From the NCBI GenBank assembly GCA_039680665.1, contig JBDKSM010000143.1:31050-95049 (forward strand): a stretch of DNA of 64,000 nucleotides, given 5' to 3'. The notes beneath the pieces are model-generated. The model was not told where the DNA came from. It saw only the letters and a list, made by a program, of their open reading frames with translations, and ran no database searches. The translations under genes and the position numbers were made by a program. Below are positions 7,878-21,813 of this stretch, one piece after another; within the stretch, counting starts at the first letter, position 1, and each line of letters starts with the position of its first letter. This stretch comes from Syntrophaceae bacterium. GTDB lineage: Bacteria > Desulfobacterota > Desulfomonilia > UBA1062.

Positions 7878-10800
7878 TCAGAATGGCGCCAGCGCGTCCT
7901 GCCAGCTTGTCACGGTCCAAGATCCCAGCCCGCCGGAAAAAGCGGCGGTTCCGCTGGTGAACGACGCGGTTTGGGTGGTGGTGGTGCCGCCGAGATTGCC
8001 GGTTACGCTCATCTGCCCGGCCTCCCAGATACCGGTATTGGTTGATCCGGTCCCCAGTTTATAGATGGTCTTGGTACCGACCGGATCGGTCGTGCTGTAG
8101 GGTGTGGCGATCGTCACTACCGAGGACATGCCGGGAACCCTGAGCGATCCAGCGATGCTGACCAGCAGGCGGGTAGTGGTTGTACTGTTGACCACATAAT
8201 TAATTTGTTGCTGCAGGTAGCGGAAGCCATCCGTAACGTAGTAGGTATTGCCGTTGATCTTGAAGCTGCCGCCCAACGTGTAATCACGGTTATCGACCTG
8301 TTCTCCGGAGTAAGCCCGCCTTTCTTCCGGGATCATGTACACATTGAGCGGAGAGGATGACCGGTACGTCGACGAAGGGTCGTAGGATCCGTGCGTCACC
8401 GTATAGGCTATGTTCCAATCATTGAAGGTGACGGCGGCACCGGAGTACTGTGCCGTGAAGGTGTTGGCCACGTTGATATCGACCGATCGGAAGATGGAAT
8501 CATAGGTGAAGAAAATAAGGCTGGTAGTCTTGGAATAGCCTTTGATCGTGGCGGTCACGTCCGTGACGCCGCTGGTACCGGTATACTTGCAGGTGCGATA
8601 GGTATAGCCGTTGGCATTAAAATCAAGGCTTACGGTGAGGGTGTACTCACGCCAACCGTCCACGAGGGCGCCCTTCACCATATAGACCGTGGATTTTAAG
8701 CCCGTGGTGTTGTAGGTGAAGGTCTGCGGCGTACCGAACCAGTAGTAGTTGTAGAGCTTGGTGTTCCTGCTGGAATCGTTCGCTACCGTGGCGTCCGCCA
8801 GCTCGGTTACCAGCGCATTGATATTGTCCACCATAATGTTGTGGAGCACCTCGTTATCGGTGAGCGTATCGCGTTTCATGTACCCGATGCCGGCATAGGC
8901 GGTAAAGATCGAGTCCTGGGCCATGTGGGTGGCGGAGCGCCCAACGGTCACAACACAGGTATCGCTGGCCTTGAGTCCGCCGCTGTCGGTTGTCGTCAGC
9001 TGGAAGGTCAGGGTGGCTGTCCCCGCCAAGCCGAGGCTGGGGGCCGTGAAGGTCGGGATCGCGGCCGCGGCGTTCGATAAGGTCACGGAAGTCCCTCCGG
9101 TCTGGGTCCAGGCATAGGTCAAGGTCTCGTTCTCAGGATCTGATCCCGAGCCTGACAGCGTGACGGTCGTGCCTTCCACCACGCTCTGGTCCGCGCCGGC
9201 ATTGGCCGTAGGCGGATCATTATCGCCGGTGACGGTGACCGTGCAGGTATCCGTGGCGGTCAATCCGCCAGTATCGGTCACGGTCAAGGTGAAGACCAGG
9301 GCTGTCGAACTGACGGTTATCTGTGGCGCCGTAAAGCTCGGAGTAGCAGTATTGCTGTTCAACAAGGTGACCGCTGTGCCGCTGGTCTGACTCCAACTGT
9401 AGGAAGCTATCCCGGCATCATCGGTGGAGGCACTGCCATTCAGAGTTACGCTGGTGCCTTCGGCCACGCTCTGGTCCGCGCCGGCATTGGCCGTGGGCGG
9501 ATTATTGGTGTTGATCGGGGTCACCGTGATCGTGCAGGTATCCGTAGCAGAGAGTCCTTCATTGTCCGTGACCGTAAGTCTGAAGGTAAATGAGGCAGCT
9601 GATGAGCCGGGGTCCGGGGCCGTGAAGCTACAGATGGCGTTGTTGGCGTTTGCCAGGGTGACCGTGGCGCCTGCGGTCTGCACCCAGGCATAATTGACGA
9701 TAGTGCCGCCGGTAACGTCCGAGGAGCTCGATCCATCGAGGGTCACCGTGGCGCCTTCCTCGACACTCTGGTCCGGACCCGCATTGGCCGTGGGTAGATT
9801 GCGGCTGGTTACATTGACAATGCAGGTGTCCGTGGCGCTTAAGTTGCCCGCATCGGTCACGGTCAGCTCAAAAACCAGAGCGGTCGAACCATACGCAGGG
9901 GCCGTGAAGGTCGGCTTGGCGGCCGTGGCGCTTGAAAGGGTAACCGATGGGCCACTGGTTTGGCACCAACTGTAGAGTGCGATCCCGTTGTCATCCGTGG
10001 AGGCACTGCCATTTAGGGTGACCGTGGCATATTCGGCCACGTTCTGGTCAACGCCGGCGTCGGCCGTGGGCGGATCATTGCTGACGGTGATGTTGACCGT
10101 GCAGGTATCCGTGCCGATAGACCCGTCGTCATCCGTGACCGTCAACTGGAAGGTAAGTGACAGGGTCGAGACGCCCGGGTCCGGGGCCGTGAAGGTGGGC
10201 GTAGCGGTGTTCGCATTTACTAGGGTGACCGTGGTGGAACCTCCGGTTTGGAGCCAGGCATAGGAGACGATGGAACCATCCGCATCTGTTGAGTTAGCAC
10301 CGTTGAGGTTCACCACGGCGCCTTCTACCACGGTCTGGTCCGTACCGGCATTGGCCGTGGGCGCCTGATTCGGATTAACGACACTGGTGACATTGACCAC
10401 GCAGGTGGCCGTGCTGGCCTGGCCGGCTTTATCCGTTACCGTCAATACGAACGTTAGGGCCGTGGCGCTGGATGGGGCAGTGAATGTCGGCTTGCTGGTG
10501 GTGGCGCCTGACAGGCTGACGCTGATCCCACCCGTCTGGCTCCAGGCATAGGATGCGATGCCGTCATCGGCATCCGAAGAATTGGAGCCATCCAAAGTCA
10601 CGATGCTGCCCGCAGTTACGGTCTGGGTCGGTCCGGTGACCGCCTTGGGCATCTGATTCACCTTGTTTACCGTGACCGAGCATTCCTGGGAAGACTGTTG
10701 GTTATCCATATCGGTAATAGTCAGCTTGAATACCAAGACTGTGCTGTTTGTCGCAAGCTGAGGAGCTATGAACGTAGGGCTGACCGCATTGGCATTCGAC

Positions 10801-11066
10801 AGGGTCACGCTTGGGTTTCCGCTGACCTGTGACCAGACATATGCCATAATGCCGGCATTGGCACCATTCGAATTAGATCCATCCAGAGTGACAAGTTCGC
10901 CTTCGTACACTGTCTGATTGGGACCGGCATCAGCCACCGGCAACTTGGTGTTCTCTTCAGGCGAAACCTTGTCGGCAGAATCACTACCGCCACCACCACC
11001 GCCACCGCCGCAACCGAACAGTACGATGATGATTACGATCATTGCCAAAACATTCATCGTCCGCAT
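7878..11066 (-). CDS. large surface lipoprotein: lipobox, poly-Gly linker, 7 tandem PKD/Ig-like repeats and a ~350-aa C-terminal domain of unknown family
   Basis: ORF 7878..11129. Start placed at MRTMNVLAMIVIIIVLFGC (ATG complement 11064-11066, SD GAGGTGGA). Lipobox LFGC followed by G8. There are seven ~95-aa repeats of the form P.A.AG.DQ.V.EG..VTL.GS.S.D...I..Y.W.Q..G..VTL......P.FTAP.....L.F.LTVTD..G....D.C.V.V. Confidence 0.8.
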   Translation of the reverse strand: MRTMNVLAMIVIIIVLFGCGGGGGGGGSDSADKVSPEENTKLPVADAGPNQTVYEGELVTLDGSNSNGANAGIMAYVWSQVSGNPSVTLSNANAVSPTFIAPQLATNSTVLVFKLTITDMDNQQSSQECSVTVNKVNQMPKAVTGPTQTVTAGSIVTLDGSNSSDADDGIASYAWSQTGGISVSLSGATTSKPTFTAPSSATALTFVLTVTDKAGQASTATCVVNVTSVVNPNQAPTANAGTDQTVVEGAVVNLNGANSTDADGSIVSYAWLQTGGSTTVTLVNANTATPTFTAPDPGVSTLSLTFQLTVTDDDGSIGTDTCTVNITVSNDPPTADAGVDQNVAEYATVTLNGSASTDDNGIALYSWCQTSGPSVTLSSATAAKPTFTAPAYGSTALVFELTVTDAGNLSATDTCIVNVTSRNLPTANAGPDQSVEEGATVTLDGSSSSDVTGGTIVNYAWVQTAGATVTLANANNAICSFTAPDPGSSAASFTFRLTVTDNEGLSATDTCTITVTPINTNNPPTANAGADQSVAEGTSVTLNGSASTDDAGIASYSWSQTSGTAVTLLNSNTATPSFTAPQITVSSTALVFTLTVTDTGGLTATDTCTVTVTGDNDPPTANAGADQSVVEGTTVTLSGSGSDPENETLTYAWTQTGGTSVTLSNAAAAIPTFTAPSLGLAGTATLTFQLTTTDSGGLKASDTCVVTVGRSATHMAQDSIFTAYAGIGYMKRDTLTDNEVLHNIMVDNINALVTELADATVANDSSRNTKLYNYYWFGTPQTFTYNTTGLKSTVYMVKGALVDGWREYTLTVSLDFNANGYTYRTCKYTGTSGVTDVTATIKGYSKTTSLIFFTYDSIFRSVDINVANTFTAQYSGAAVTFNDWNIAYTVTHGSYDPSSTYRSSSPLNVYMIPEERRAYSGEQVDNRDYTLGGSFKINGNTYYVTDGFRYLQQQINYVVNSTTTTRLLVSIAGSLRVPGMSSVVTIATPYSTTDPVGTKTIYKLGTGSTNTGIWEAGQMSVTGNLGGTTTTQTASFTSGTAAFSGGLGSWTVTSWQDALAPF
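8940..10940 (-). repeat. seven tandem ~285-bp coding repeats (PKD-like domains)
   Basis: The periodicity is visible in both protein and DNA (recurrent ...gccgtgggcgg.../...gtgaccgtg...ggtatccgt... blocks). It also generates the series of antisense shadow ORFs at 8391-10263. Confidence 0.8.
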
Positions 11067-11253
11067 GGATTCCACCTCGTTATTTTTTGGTTTTGTCATA
11101 ACAGATAGGTATGCAACGCATATGCCCACAACAACTCATTGATTACATTACTACATATGCTCGGAAAGCTCACAAATGAGCAACACCGCCCCCCATTTAA
11201 GGAAATATTTTTCCCTTTATCAGGCATGGCCTCACGGGCCTGCTGCAAACAAC

Positions 11254-11736
11254 CTAGCGTGGTGCCGGAGTTGTTGGCGGTGTTTCGGGTTGTGTCCGTT
11301 GGAGCGCGGCGCCCCCACCTTGAGGATTCATCTGCCCTTCTAGTACCTGCAAACGCCCACGCAGCTGGTAATTCTCCTGTAATAGGGCCTGATTCTGGCT
11401 CATGCTGGAACGCAGCGAGGCATTCTCGCGTTCGAGGGCCTCCAATCGCTCCTGTAAACTGACCGTCTGGGGTACGCCGGATTGAGCGCCTTCCTTCAAG
11501 GGTTCCCGCTGGGCGTCGAGTGATTTGAGTTTGGCGGAGAGCTCATTGCGATCCTTCTCCAGCGCGTCAATATAGGCGATCACCTCACGCAGGCTTTGTT
11601 TGTAATCCGTGCTTGATTTTTTATGGTAGCCGAAAACATAGAAACCCAAGCCGAATCCGATGGCAAAGATAATGATGGACATGATCAGGATGGCTTTGGT
11701 CTTATTCTTCTGTCCAATCTTCTTTTCCTCTTCCAT
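11254..11736 (-). CDS. membrane-anchored coiled-coil protein (hypothetical)
   Basis: Start at MEEEKKIGQK (ATG complement 11734-11736). One TM helix (AILIMSIIIFAIGFGLGFYVFGY), then heptad-like LEKDRNELSAKLKSL...LQERLEALERENASL and a Pro/Thr-rich tail. Confidence 0.55.
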   Translation of the reverse strand: MEEEKKIGQKNKTKAILIMSIIIFAIGFGLGFYVFGYHKKSSTDYKQSLREVIAYIDALEKDRNELSAKLKSLDAQREPLKEGAQSGVPQTVSLQERLEALERENASLRSSMSQNQALLQENYQLRGRLQVLEGQMNPQGGGAALQRTQPETPPTTPAPR

Positions 11737-11958
11737 ACACACCCCCAATCCACGATGTAGGGCATATCTCACCGCCAGTCAAGCGACTTTGACTCCCGGT
11801 TTTAAACTTGTCGCGCCGCAATCACGATCATAAAAAAAATCATCCCTAAGCACCATTCTAATAGCTCCATATTTGTATCGATATTTTTAATTTATTCGAT
11901 TATGTACCTCAATATGTATTTTTAACTATATTTATCAATAGGTTATCAACATGATCTC

Positions 11959-11973
11959 TGGCACCGTTATTGC
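11959..11973 (+). promoter_or_regulatory. sigma54 (-24/-12) promoter upstream of amtB
   Basis: TGGCACcgttaTTGC, with GG and GC separated by exactly 10 nt. It sits 47 nt upstream of the amtB ATG, is preceded by a very AT-rich stretch, and the downstream genes are nitrogen-regulated. Confidence 0.7.
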
Positions 11974-12019
11974 CCCATGAAAAGGCATAGGACGAATATC
12001 CACAAAGGAGGATAACACA

Positions 12020-16137
<4,118 letters not shown>

Positions 16138-16166
16138 ACTAGATGATGCGGAAAAGGTGAGAAGCT

Positions 16167-16946
16167 ATGCTGAGCAAGAGAATAATCGTCTGTCTGGATG
16201 TGCGCGACGGCAAGACCACCAAAGGGATCAAGTTTCTCGGCAACGTGGATATCGGCGATCCCGTCGAGATGGCACGCCAATACTATCTTGAGGGCGTGGA
16301 TGAATTGGTATTCTACGATATCACGGCCTCATCGGACAAACGCGATATCATGATCGACGTGGTCGACCAGGTGGCCCGCACCATCTTTATCCCCTTCAGC
16401 GTGGGCGGCGGCATCCGCAGTATCGACGACATGTACCGCGTCCTCAATGCCGGGGCGGAGAAGATCAGCATTAACAGCGCCGCGGTGCTGAACCCCGACC
16501 TCATCGCCCAGGGAGCGCGCATCTTCGGCAGCCAGTGCATCGTCTTAGGCATGGATGCCAAGTTTGTGGGGAAAAGCCCCCGCATACCCAGCGGCTACGA
16601 AGTAGTCATCGACGGCGGCCGTAAGCCCATGAACATGGATGCCCTCGTTTGGGCCCGGCGCGCCCAGGACCTCGGCGCGGGCGAAATCTGCCTGAACTCC
16701 ATCGATGCCGACGGCACCAACACCGGCTACGAGCTCACCATCACGGGCCTGATCGCGCGCGCGGTCCACATACCGGTTATCGCCTCGGGCGGGGCGGGGG
16801 AACCCGAGCATCTGCGGGACGTCTTTCTCAAGGCCGACGCCGACGCGGCCCTGATCGCCTCCATGGTTCATTACGGAAGGTATACCATAGCGCAGATCAA
16901 GGAATTCTTGAAAAACGCACATATCCCGGTACGGGACATGGTTTGA
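16167..16946 (+). CDS. hisF: imidazole glycerol phosphate synthase, cyclase subunit
   Basis: [38 protein letters not shown] and IASGGAG are HisF signatures. Confidence 0.95.
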   Translation: MLSKRIIVCLDVRDGKTTKGIKFLGNVDIGDPVEMARQYYLEGVDELVFYDITASSDKRDIMIDVVDQVARTIFIPFSVGGGIRSIDDMYRVLNAGAEKISINSAAVLNPDLIAQGARIFGSQCIVLGMDAKFVGKSPRIPSGYEVVIDGGRKPMNMDALVWARRAQDLGAGEICLNSIDADGTNTGYELTITGLIARAVHIPVIASGGAGEPEHLRDVFLKADADAALIASMVHYGRYTIAQIKEFLKNAHIPVRDMV

Positions 16947-16991
16947 AAAAGCTCAAGCCCCCTGACGTATCCAGGGGGCTTGAGCTTTTTT
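16946..16991. terminator. bidirectional intrinsic terminator
   Basis: A-run, then a perfect 15-bp stem AGCTCAAGCCCCCTG (16950-16964) pairing with CAGGGGGCTTGAGCT (16972-16986) around a 7-nt loop, then a T-run. It lies between convergent hisF and the aaRS-like gene. Confidence 0.8.
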
Positions 16992-18213
16992 AGAACAGAA
17001 AGATGGGCAGCGAATCAGGATTCTTGCCGAAGCAGGTGATGTCGTCGATCTTCTCGATCTTGCCACCCCTGAGGATGGCGTAGAGGAAACGCTCCACGCC
17101 GATGCCGCCGCCGAAGGTATCCGGGAACAGGGATTTGCCGTCCGCGCCCTTCATGGCCACGGTGGTCAGAAACGGCCCATAGCCGTCGAGCATCTCGATA
17201 TTGGAGATGTTGCCATCCTTGAAGACCGGGCGTTCGATCAGAATCTTGTTGTCGATCAAGCGCTCGATGATCGGCTCGTAGAGCCATTCCCGGATAGCTC
17301 CCGAAAGCACCTCCAGGGCGGGCGTGAACTTGCCGGTATCGCGCAGCTTGGTCTTGGCGCAGATATCGTAGTTGTAGATCATGTCCGAGGTAAAGGATGC
17401 GATCGGGGTCTTGCTGCCGTCCGGACGGATATAGGGGTAGATAAGGTCGTAGTTTTCGCGCATAAGGCCCGTAATCCAGAAGAACTGGACGGGAACTTCC
17501 TCGCCGGCCTTGGCGTCCAGATCGGCCTTACCATAGCGTTTGAGGATTTCATCATGTTTAAGACGCGGAAAAGGCTGTTTGGGAACCTCCAGCGCTACAC
17601 CCAGGACCTTGAGATCCTGCTCGTTTCTTTCCAAAATGGCACGCACGCCGGCTATCACCAAACGTTCGAAGAAATCCAGGGCCTTTTCCAAATCCTCTTT
17701 GAGGATCTTCTTCACCTTCTCGGGTTCGTTTTTATACGCATCGAAGGTGATGCCGCGGTTACGTCTGACCTCGATGTCGATCTGGGAGAAATCGATCAGG
17801 TACTTGCCGCGCTGCTTGCGTTGCGGGCTCTCGATCTCGAGCCGCAGATTGGGGGAATCCACGAAGACGCCCTTGAAGCGTGGGTGAAAACAGGACATGA
17901 ACTTGTGATAGATCATGGAGTGCGTGGTGACATAAGGCATGCCTTTGTAATGCACCGTGGGAACATGCTCCACATCGTGCGCCAGGGGGTCGGTGATCGG
18001 GCTGATCTGAATGCGTTCCAGGTTGAGGAGCCCCTCGTTCACCAGAAAATTATTGACGGCTGTCACAAAACTGGTGCGGATGGCCATGGCGGCATAAATG
18101 GAATCGCCGACCCATTTATTGACATAATTCTCCCGGATGAAATCCTCGAACGAGGACCCCGATTGGACCAGGGATGCCTGGAAATGAAACAGATCTTCGC
18201 CGATGAAAGCCAT
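16990..18213 (-). CDS. class II aminoacyl-tRNA-synthetase-like catalytic-core paralog (AsnRS/AspRS/AsnA-like; no anticodon-binding domain recognised)
   Basis: Motif-2-like region FVDSPNLRLE...GKYLIDFSQIDIE and motif-3-like GGGIGVERFLYAILRG. Start at MAFIGEDLF (ATG complement 18211-18213) with SD AGGAGG. Confidence 0.55.
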   Translation of the reverse strand: MAFIGEDLFHFQASLVQSGSSFEDFIRENYVNKWVGDSIYAAMAIRTSFVTAVNNFLVNEGLLNLERIQISPITDPLAHDVEHVPTVHYKGMPYVTTHSMIYHKFMSCFHPRFKGVFVDSPNLRLEIESPQRKQRGKYLIDFSQIDIEVRRNRGITFDAYKNEPEKVKKILKEDLEKALDFFERLVIAGVRAILERNEQDLKVLGVALEVPKQPFPRLKHDEILKRYGKADLDAKAGEEVPVQFFWITGLMRENYDLIYPYIRPDGSKTPIASFTSDMIYNYDICAKTKLRDTGKFTPALEVLSGAIREWLYEPIIERLIDNKILIERPVFKDGNISNIEMLDGYGPFLTTVAMKGADGKSLFPDTFGGGIGVERFLYAILRGGKIEKIDDITCFGKNPDSLPIFLF

Positions 18214-18763
18214 ATCGAACCTCCTGTAGAGAGCTGATTTCATCCCTTAGCAGCTCTGTGTTCATACAGCAAGCGCTATGCCAAGAATTCCTCTATTCTC
18301 CAATGGGGTCTAAATCACATTTCACGTATATTTTCAATATATTGTACGCATAGCAGGTGAATATGTAACGGCTCTATTCCATGACAATTTTGTCTTACTC
18401 ACGACCAAAAGAACATAATCGCACCGCCCGCATGGGTCGCTCGACCCCTGATTCAGCGGTTGACCGCTCCCTGTGACTCAGGGAAAATCCCACGCAAACG
18501 CCGGTCACGTAAGACAGTTACATCCCGGCCAGCTTCCCTCATTATCATACTCCATATCGATTCGCGACAAAAGAGGGGGAGCATATGAAACCACGCATCA
18601 TCAAGTTTCCAGCCCAGTACACCGGCCATCATGACCGGCCTTTCCGCTCTGAGACCCTGGAGGACCCGACAGATCCTCTGTTTCACTCTGTCACAGGTGC
18701 GCCTTGTCCATTATGGGCGTTCTCCCTGCTCCCGGTCATTCCTAATAGAAATCAAAATGGTTC

Positions 18764-18808
18764 TTGACAACCGGATACACCTATTATACTTGACCGACTA
18801 GTCGGTCA
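18764..18808 (+). promoter_or_regulatory. sigma70-like promoter plus perfect 18-bp palindrome (candidate TetR operator)
   Basis: TTGACA (18764-18769), 15-nt spacer, TATACT (18785-18790). It is immediately followed by TGACCGACTAGTCGGTCA (18791-18808), a perfect palindrome 26 nt upstream of the TetR gene ATG. Confidence 0.5.
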
Positions 18809-18833
18809 TTTTATTGCAGGGGGGGATGGATCA

Positions 18834-19841
18834 ATGCCCAAACAAAACACGCTCTACGAGAAAACCGGGGGGCGGCGCATTTCTCTGTACGCCGAACTGG
18901 GGAGGTATTTCACGGCCGACGGCGGTTTCGATGAAACAACTTTCCGGCAAATCATCCAGACCTCGCTGAAAGATTGTGTCCGGAGCCTTACTCCCCAGGA
19001 GAGCCCTATCGCTCAGGGAAAATGGCTCTCAGCCTATCTAAGCGAGGTCATGGATTATCTCTCTGAAAAGGGTATGCCGGATGCGGCCTCCAATCTCTGC
19101 AAAACGGCGGTTGAAGAAGCCACCAACGCTGGCATAGGCGAAGTGGCCATATCACCAAAACACCTGAAAGGGTTACTGCAGACCATACCCCCCTTAAGCG
19201 CCGGCAAAAAGAAGCGCCAACGCTCGCTGGACGAAAAGAGAAAAAAGATCTACCAGGCGGCACTCAAAGTATTCTCTGAAGACGGCTTTCACCAGGCGAC
19301 CATGAACAAAATCGCGACCCAATCCGGGGTGGCCAAGGGCACGGTCTATGAGTATTTCAAGAGCAAGGAAGAACTCCTCGACCAACTTTTGGAGGAACGC
19401 TATGAAGAGATCGTCGAGCGGATCAGCGCCATTTGCGACCGCGGCACCAATGTCCTGGAACAGACCCGCGAGATGATTGAATTCTGGGTGGGTTTCATCG
19501 AGGAGAATCCCCAGCTCTATCGCTTGATCCAGAGCGAGGCCATCTTTCAGCGCTCAGGCGATAAGGTTATGTTCTATGATTACATGATCTCGCACCTGCC
19601 CATGTTCAAGGAACGCATCGTGGCCTTGAACCGCGAAAAGAATCTTAAGACCACCAGTTTCTACACCACCTTCTATGGCATCCTCGGTTTCATCGACGGC
19701 GTGGCCCAAAAATGGTTCAGGTGCCAAATGGATTACCCCCTCAAGGACGAAATCCCGGTCATCCTGGAGGTGCTTTTCAACGGATTCGTCGGCGAACAGA
19801 TTACGCGCCGGCATTTTTTCTCACCAACCGCAGATGAATGA
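18834..19841 (+). CDS. TetR/AcrR-family transcriptional regulator with an unusual ~140-aa N-terminal extension
   Basis: The HTH region KKIYQAALKVFSEDGFHQATMNKIATQSGVAKGTVYEYFKSKEELL starts only at about residue 145. The preceding region has no motif I recognise. Confidence 0.8.
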   Translation: MPKQNTLYEKTGGRRISLYAELGRYFTADGGFDETTFRQIIQTSLKDCVRSLTPQESPIAQGKWLSAYLSEVMDYLSEKGMPDAASNLCKTAVEEATNAGIGEVAISPKHLKGLLQTIPPLSAGKKKRQRSLDEKRKKIYQAALKVFSEDGFHQATMNKIATQSGVAKGTVYEYFKSKEELLDQLLEERYEEIVERISAICDRGTNVLEQTREMIEFWVGFIEENPQLYRLIQSEAIFQRSGDKVMFYDYMISHLPMFKERIVALNREKNLKTTSFYTTFYGILGFIDGVAQKWFRCQMDYPLKDEIPVILEVLFNGFVGEQITRRHFFSPTADE

Positions 19842-20013
19842 AACCACGGGGAAAATGCTCATGGCTTAAAAGGATGCCCCCGTCAATGGGAGAACGCGTC
19901 GGGCTTAAGCCTGATCTTCCAGCACCGCCATGCTGGTATAGGTAATGAATCCGCTATCCGACCGCGTCCCACCCGTTGACGGTACGCATACACTACTTTT
20001 GGGAGGATACAAT

Positions 20014-21729
20014 ATGCTTGAGGAAAAAGGAACCGCTATTTTAGGCAATACCAGGGGACGCCGCATCGCTCCACATGGATCAGAAAGCGTGCATCCATCG
20101 CAATGGTACCCGGCCACACATCCAGGTCGTTCACAGGTGCCATACTTGCTGCGCCCCATATCCGTTTCACGCCTCATGAATGCAGAAATCCGCAAGATTT
20201 GGCGCTCCAGCGACTACCAGGGACATGACTTCAGCCCCTTCGACGTCTCGCTCATCCCCAACAAGTTTAGACTGGCCCGGGTGCTGGCCTGTGGCCTGAA
20301 GTCGAGCGTGGCCACCTATTCCCAGCATTGGCAGGGCATGTATTGCGACTGGACCTTCAATGCCCATGTCGCAAAAGCCTTATCCCTCTGCGGCTGCATG
20401 GCGGGCGGGGAACGGTTCGTCAAGAACGCCTTTGCCACGGTCATGCTCTTTAACACCGGGTATGGCGGGGTGTTCATGGATATGCTCAAGAATCGTCGCA
20501 GACGTCTGCCTCCCAGCATGGAAAGCCTTGAGAACCTGGACATGGGTACCTTTGAAAACAACCTGAGGAGCGCCATCGGTGCCGTACTGGGTGGCCAATA
20601 CGGGGTGAATATCATCCGGCGTTCGCTGTCAGAAAACTTGGTGGAGGGCGTGAATCAGAAAGGGTATCAGGCCTTGCACGAACTTGCCTTTGTAGAGGGC
20701 ATGGACCCTAAGGGCCGCATCACCTGTATCCTGCAGATCGGGCTCAAGCAGCCTCAGGATCAGACCTTTCTCGCGCCTGGGATCATGGACTTGGCCGGCG
20801 CCAAGATCATCGAGCGCAAGAGCGAACGCCGGGGCGCCGATTTCACCCGCGACGTACCCGTGGCGGTCATGTCACACTATTTCGCGGCCGTGAATCACGA
20901 ATTGAAAAAAACCGATCTGCACGATGCCATCCGGACTATTACGGTTGAAGGCGGCACACCCGGGGGCAATGTAAAACTCATGTCCATACGCAAGTATATC
21001 AATCAGGGTCTACGACAATGCTTTAACGATACCGTCGCCGCCTATAAAGCCAACGTGGATGATGGGACCACCACCCTGGATTTCGAAACCTACCGCGACA
21101 TCGCCCAATTTACGCGCGATCTCGGCCAGAAGGTTCTCAAACCACGCGAGGACGCCCACAAGATGCTCTTCATCTACATCGACCTTATGGCCCTCAAGGA
21201 ACGCGGCATTCCTATCGACATCGCCGAGCAGACCGCCGGTAACGCCATCCAGGCCGGACTCAACTCGGTACACCTGGAAGGCACTACGGATATCCCCGAA
21301 GGACAGGACCTCCTCTACGGTGCGTTCTGCATGACCGGCCCGATCCATTCGGCCGAACTCATGGATAACAATGCCCAACTAGAACGCGGATGGGGACAAG
21401 GTTTCTGGCATATCCTGGCGCCTGAACTGCCGCCGACCAATAAGATGCTTGCCGTGGTGGCCATCGCGGCCAAAAACGAGCAGGATGCCTTTATCGCCGA
21501 AATCCAGGCCATGGACGAACGCAAGTCAGTCAACGAGATTTTCTGGTACAAGACCTGGAATCACCCTCAAGGCAAACGCCTGGATGTCCCGCAATGGATC
21601 TCCTATGCCCACGTCCTGGAGGTCCTTCCGATTCCGGGGAATTCAATCGCCTTAATTGAGAAATCCCTGCCCGAGCACATGCCTGAGGAGCATCCCCTTT
21701 CGGAAGAATTCCGCCTGATGCTGGGATGA
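20014..21729 (+). CDS. hypothetical protein, 571 aa, no recognisable family
   Basis: ORF 19945..21729. Start placed at MLEEKGTAILG (ATG 20014), which has SD GGGAGGA 6 nt upstream. The long uninterrupted frame has ordinary amino-acid composition, and an intrinsic terminator follows. Confidence 0.6.
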   Translation: MLEEKGTAILGNTRGRRIAPHGSESVHPSQWYPATHPGRSQVPYLLRPISVSRLMNAEIRKIWRSSDYQGHDFSPFDVSLIPNKFRLARVLACGLKSSVATYSQHWQGMYCDWTFNAHVAKALSLCGCMAGGERFVKNAFATVMLFNTGYGGVFMDMLKNRRRRLPPSMESLENLDMGTFENNLRSAIGAVLGGQYGVNIIRRSLSENLVEGVNQKGYQALHELAFVEGMDPKGRITCILQIGLKQPQDQTFLAPGIMDLAGAKIIERKSERRGADFTRDVPVAVMSHYFAAVNHELKKTDLHDAIRTITVEGGTPGGNVKLMSIRKYINQGLRQCFNDTVAAYKANVDDGTTTLDFETYRDIAQFTRDLGQKVLKPREDAHKMLFIYIDLMALKERGIPIDIAEQTAGNAIQAGLNSVHLEGTTDIPEGQDLLYGAFCMTGPIHSAELMDNNAQLERGWGQGFWHILAPELPPTNKMLAVVAIAAKNEQDAFIAEIQAMDERKSVNEIFWYKTWNHPQGKRLDVPQWISYAHVLEVLPIPGNSIALIEKSLPEHMPEEHPLSEEFRLMLG

Positions 21730-21813
21730 TCAGCTCCTCTTAGCGAGCTGCCTGAATAGGGAATAGGCACCAATCCACCAGCATGCTACAACCTACTGCC
21801 TCTATTTAGATTC

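Noticed and set aside
8391-10263. Series of plus-strand ORFs (8391..8699, 8841..9080, 9160..9390, 9424..9693, 9694..9975, 9988..10263) antisense to the PKD-repeat gene
   Set aside because: They repeat with the same period as the sense-strand domains. They are Val/Ala/Gly/Thr-rich mirror frames of a GC-rich repetitive gene and have no SD or independent motifs. They are shadow ORFs.
18585-18767. 60-aa plus-strand ORF with a good SD (AGAGGGGGAG) in the 590-nt spacer upstream of the TetR gene
   Set aside because: The SD is attractive. However, the peptide has no motif or hydrophobic segment, and its stop overlaps the -35 box of the TetR promoter. Conservation cannot be tested here, so it is kept only as a note.
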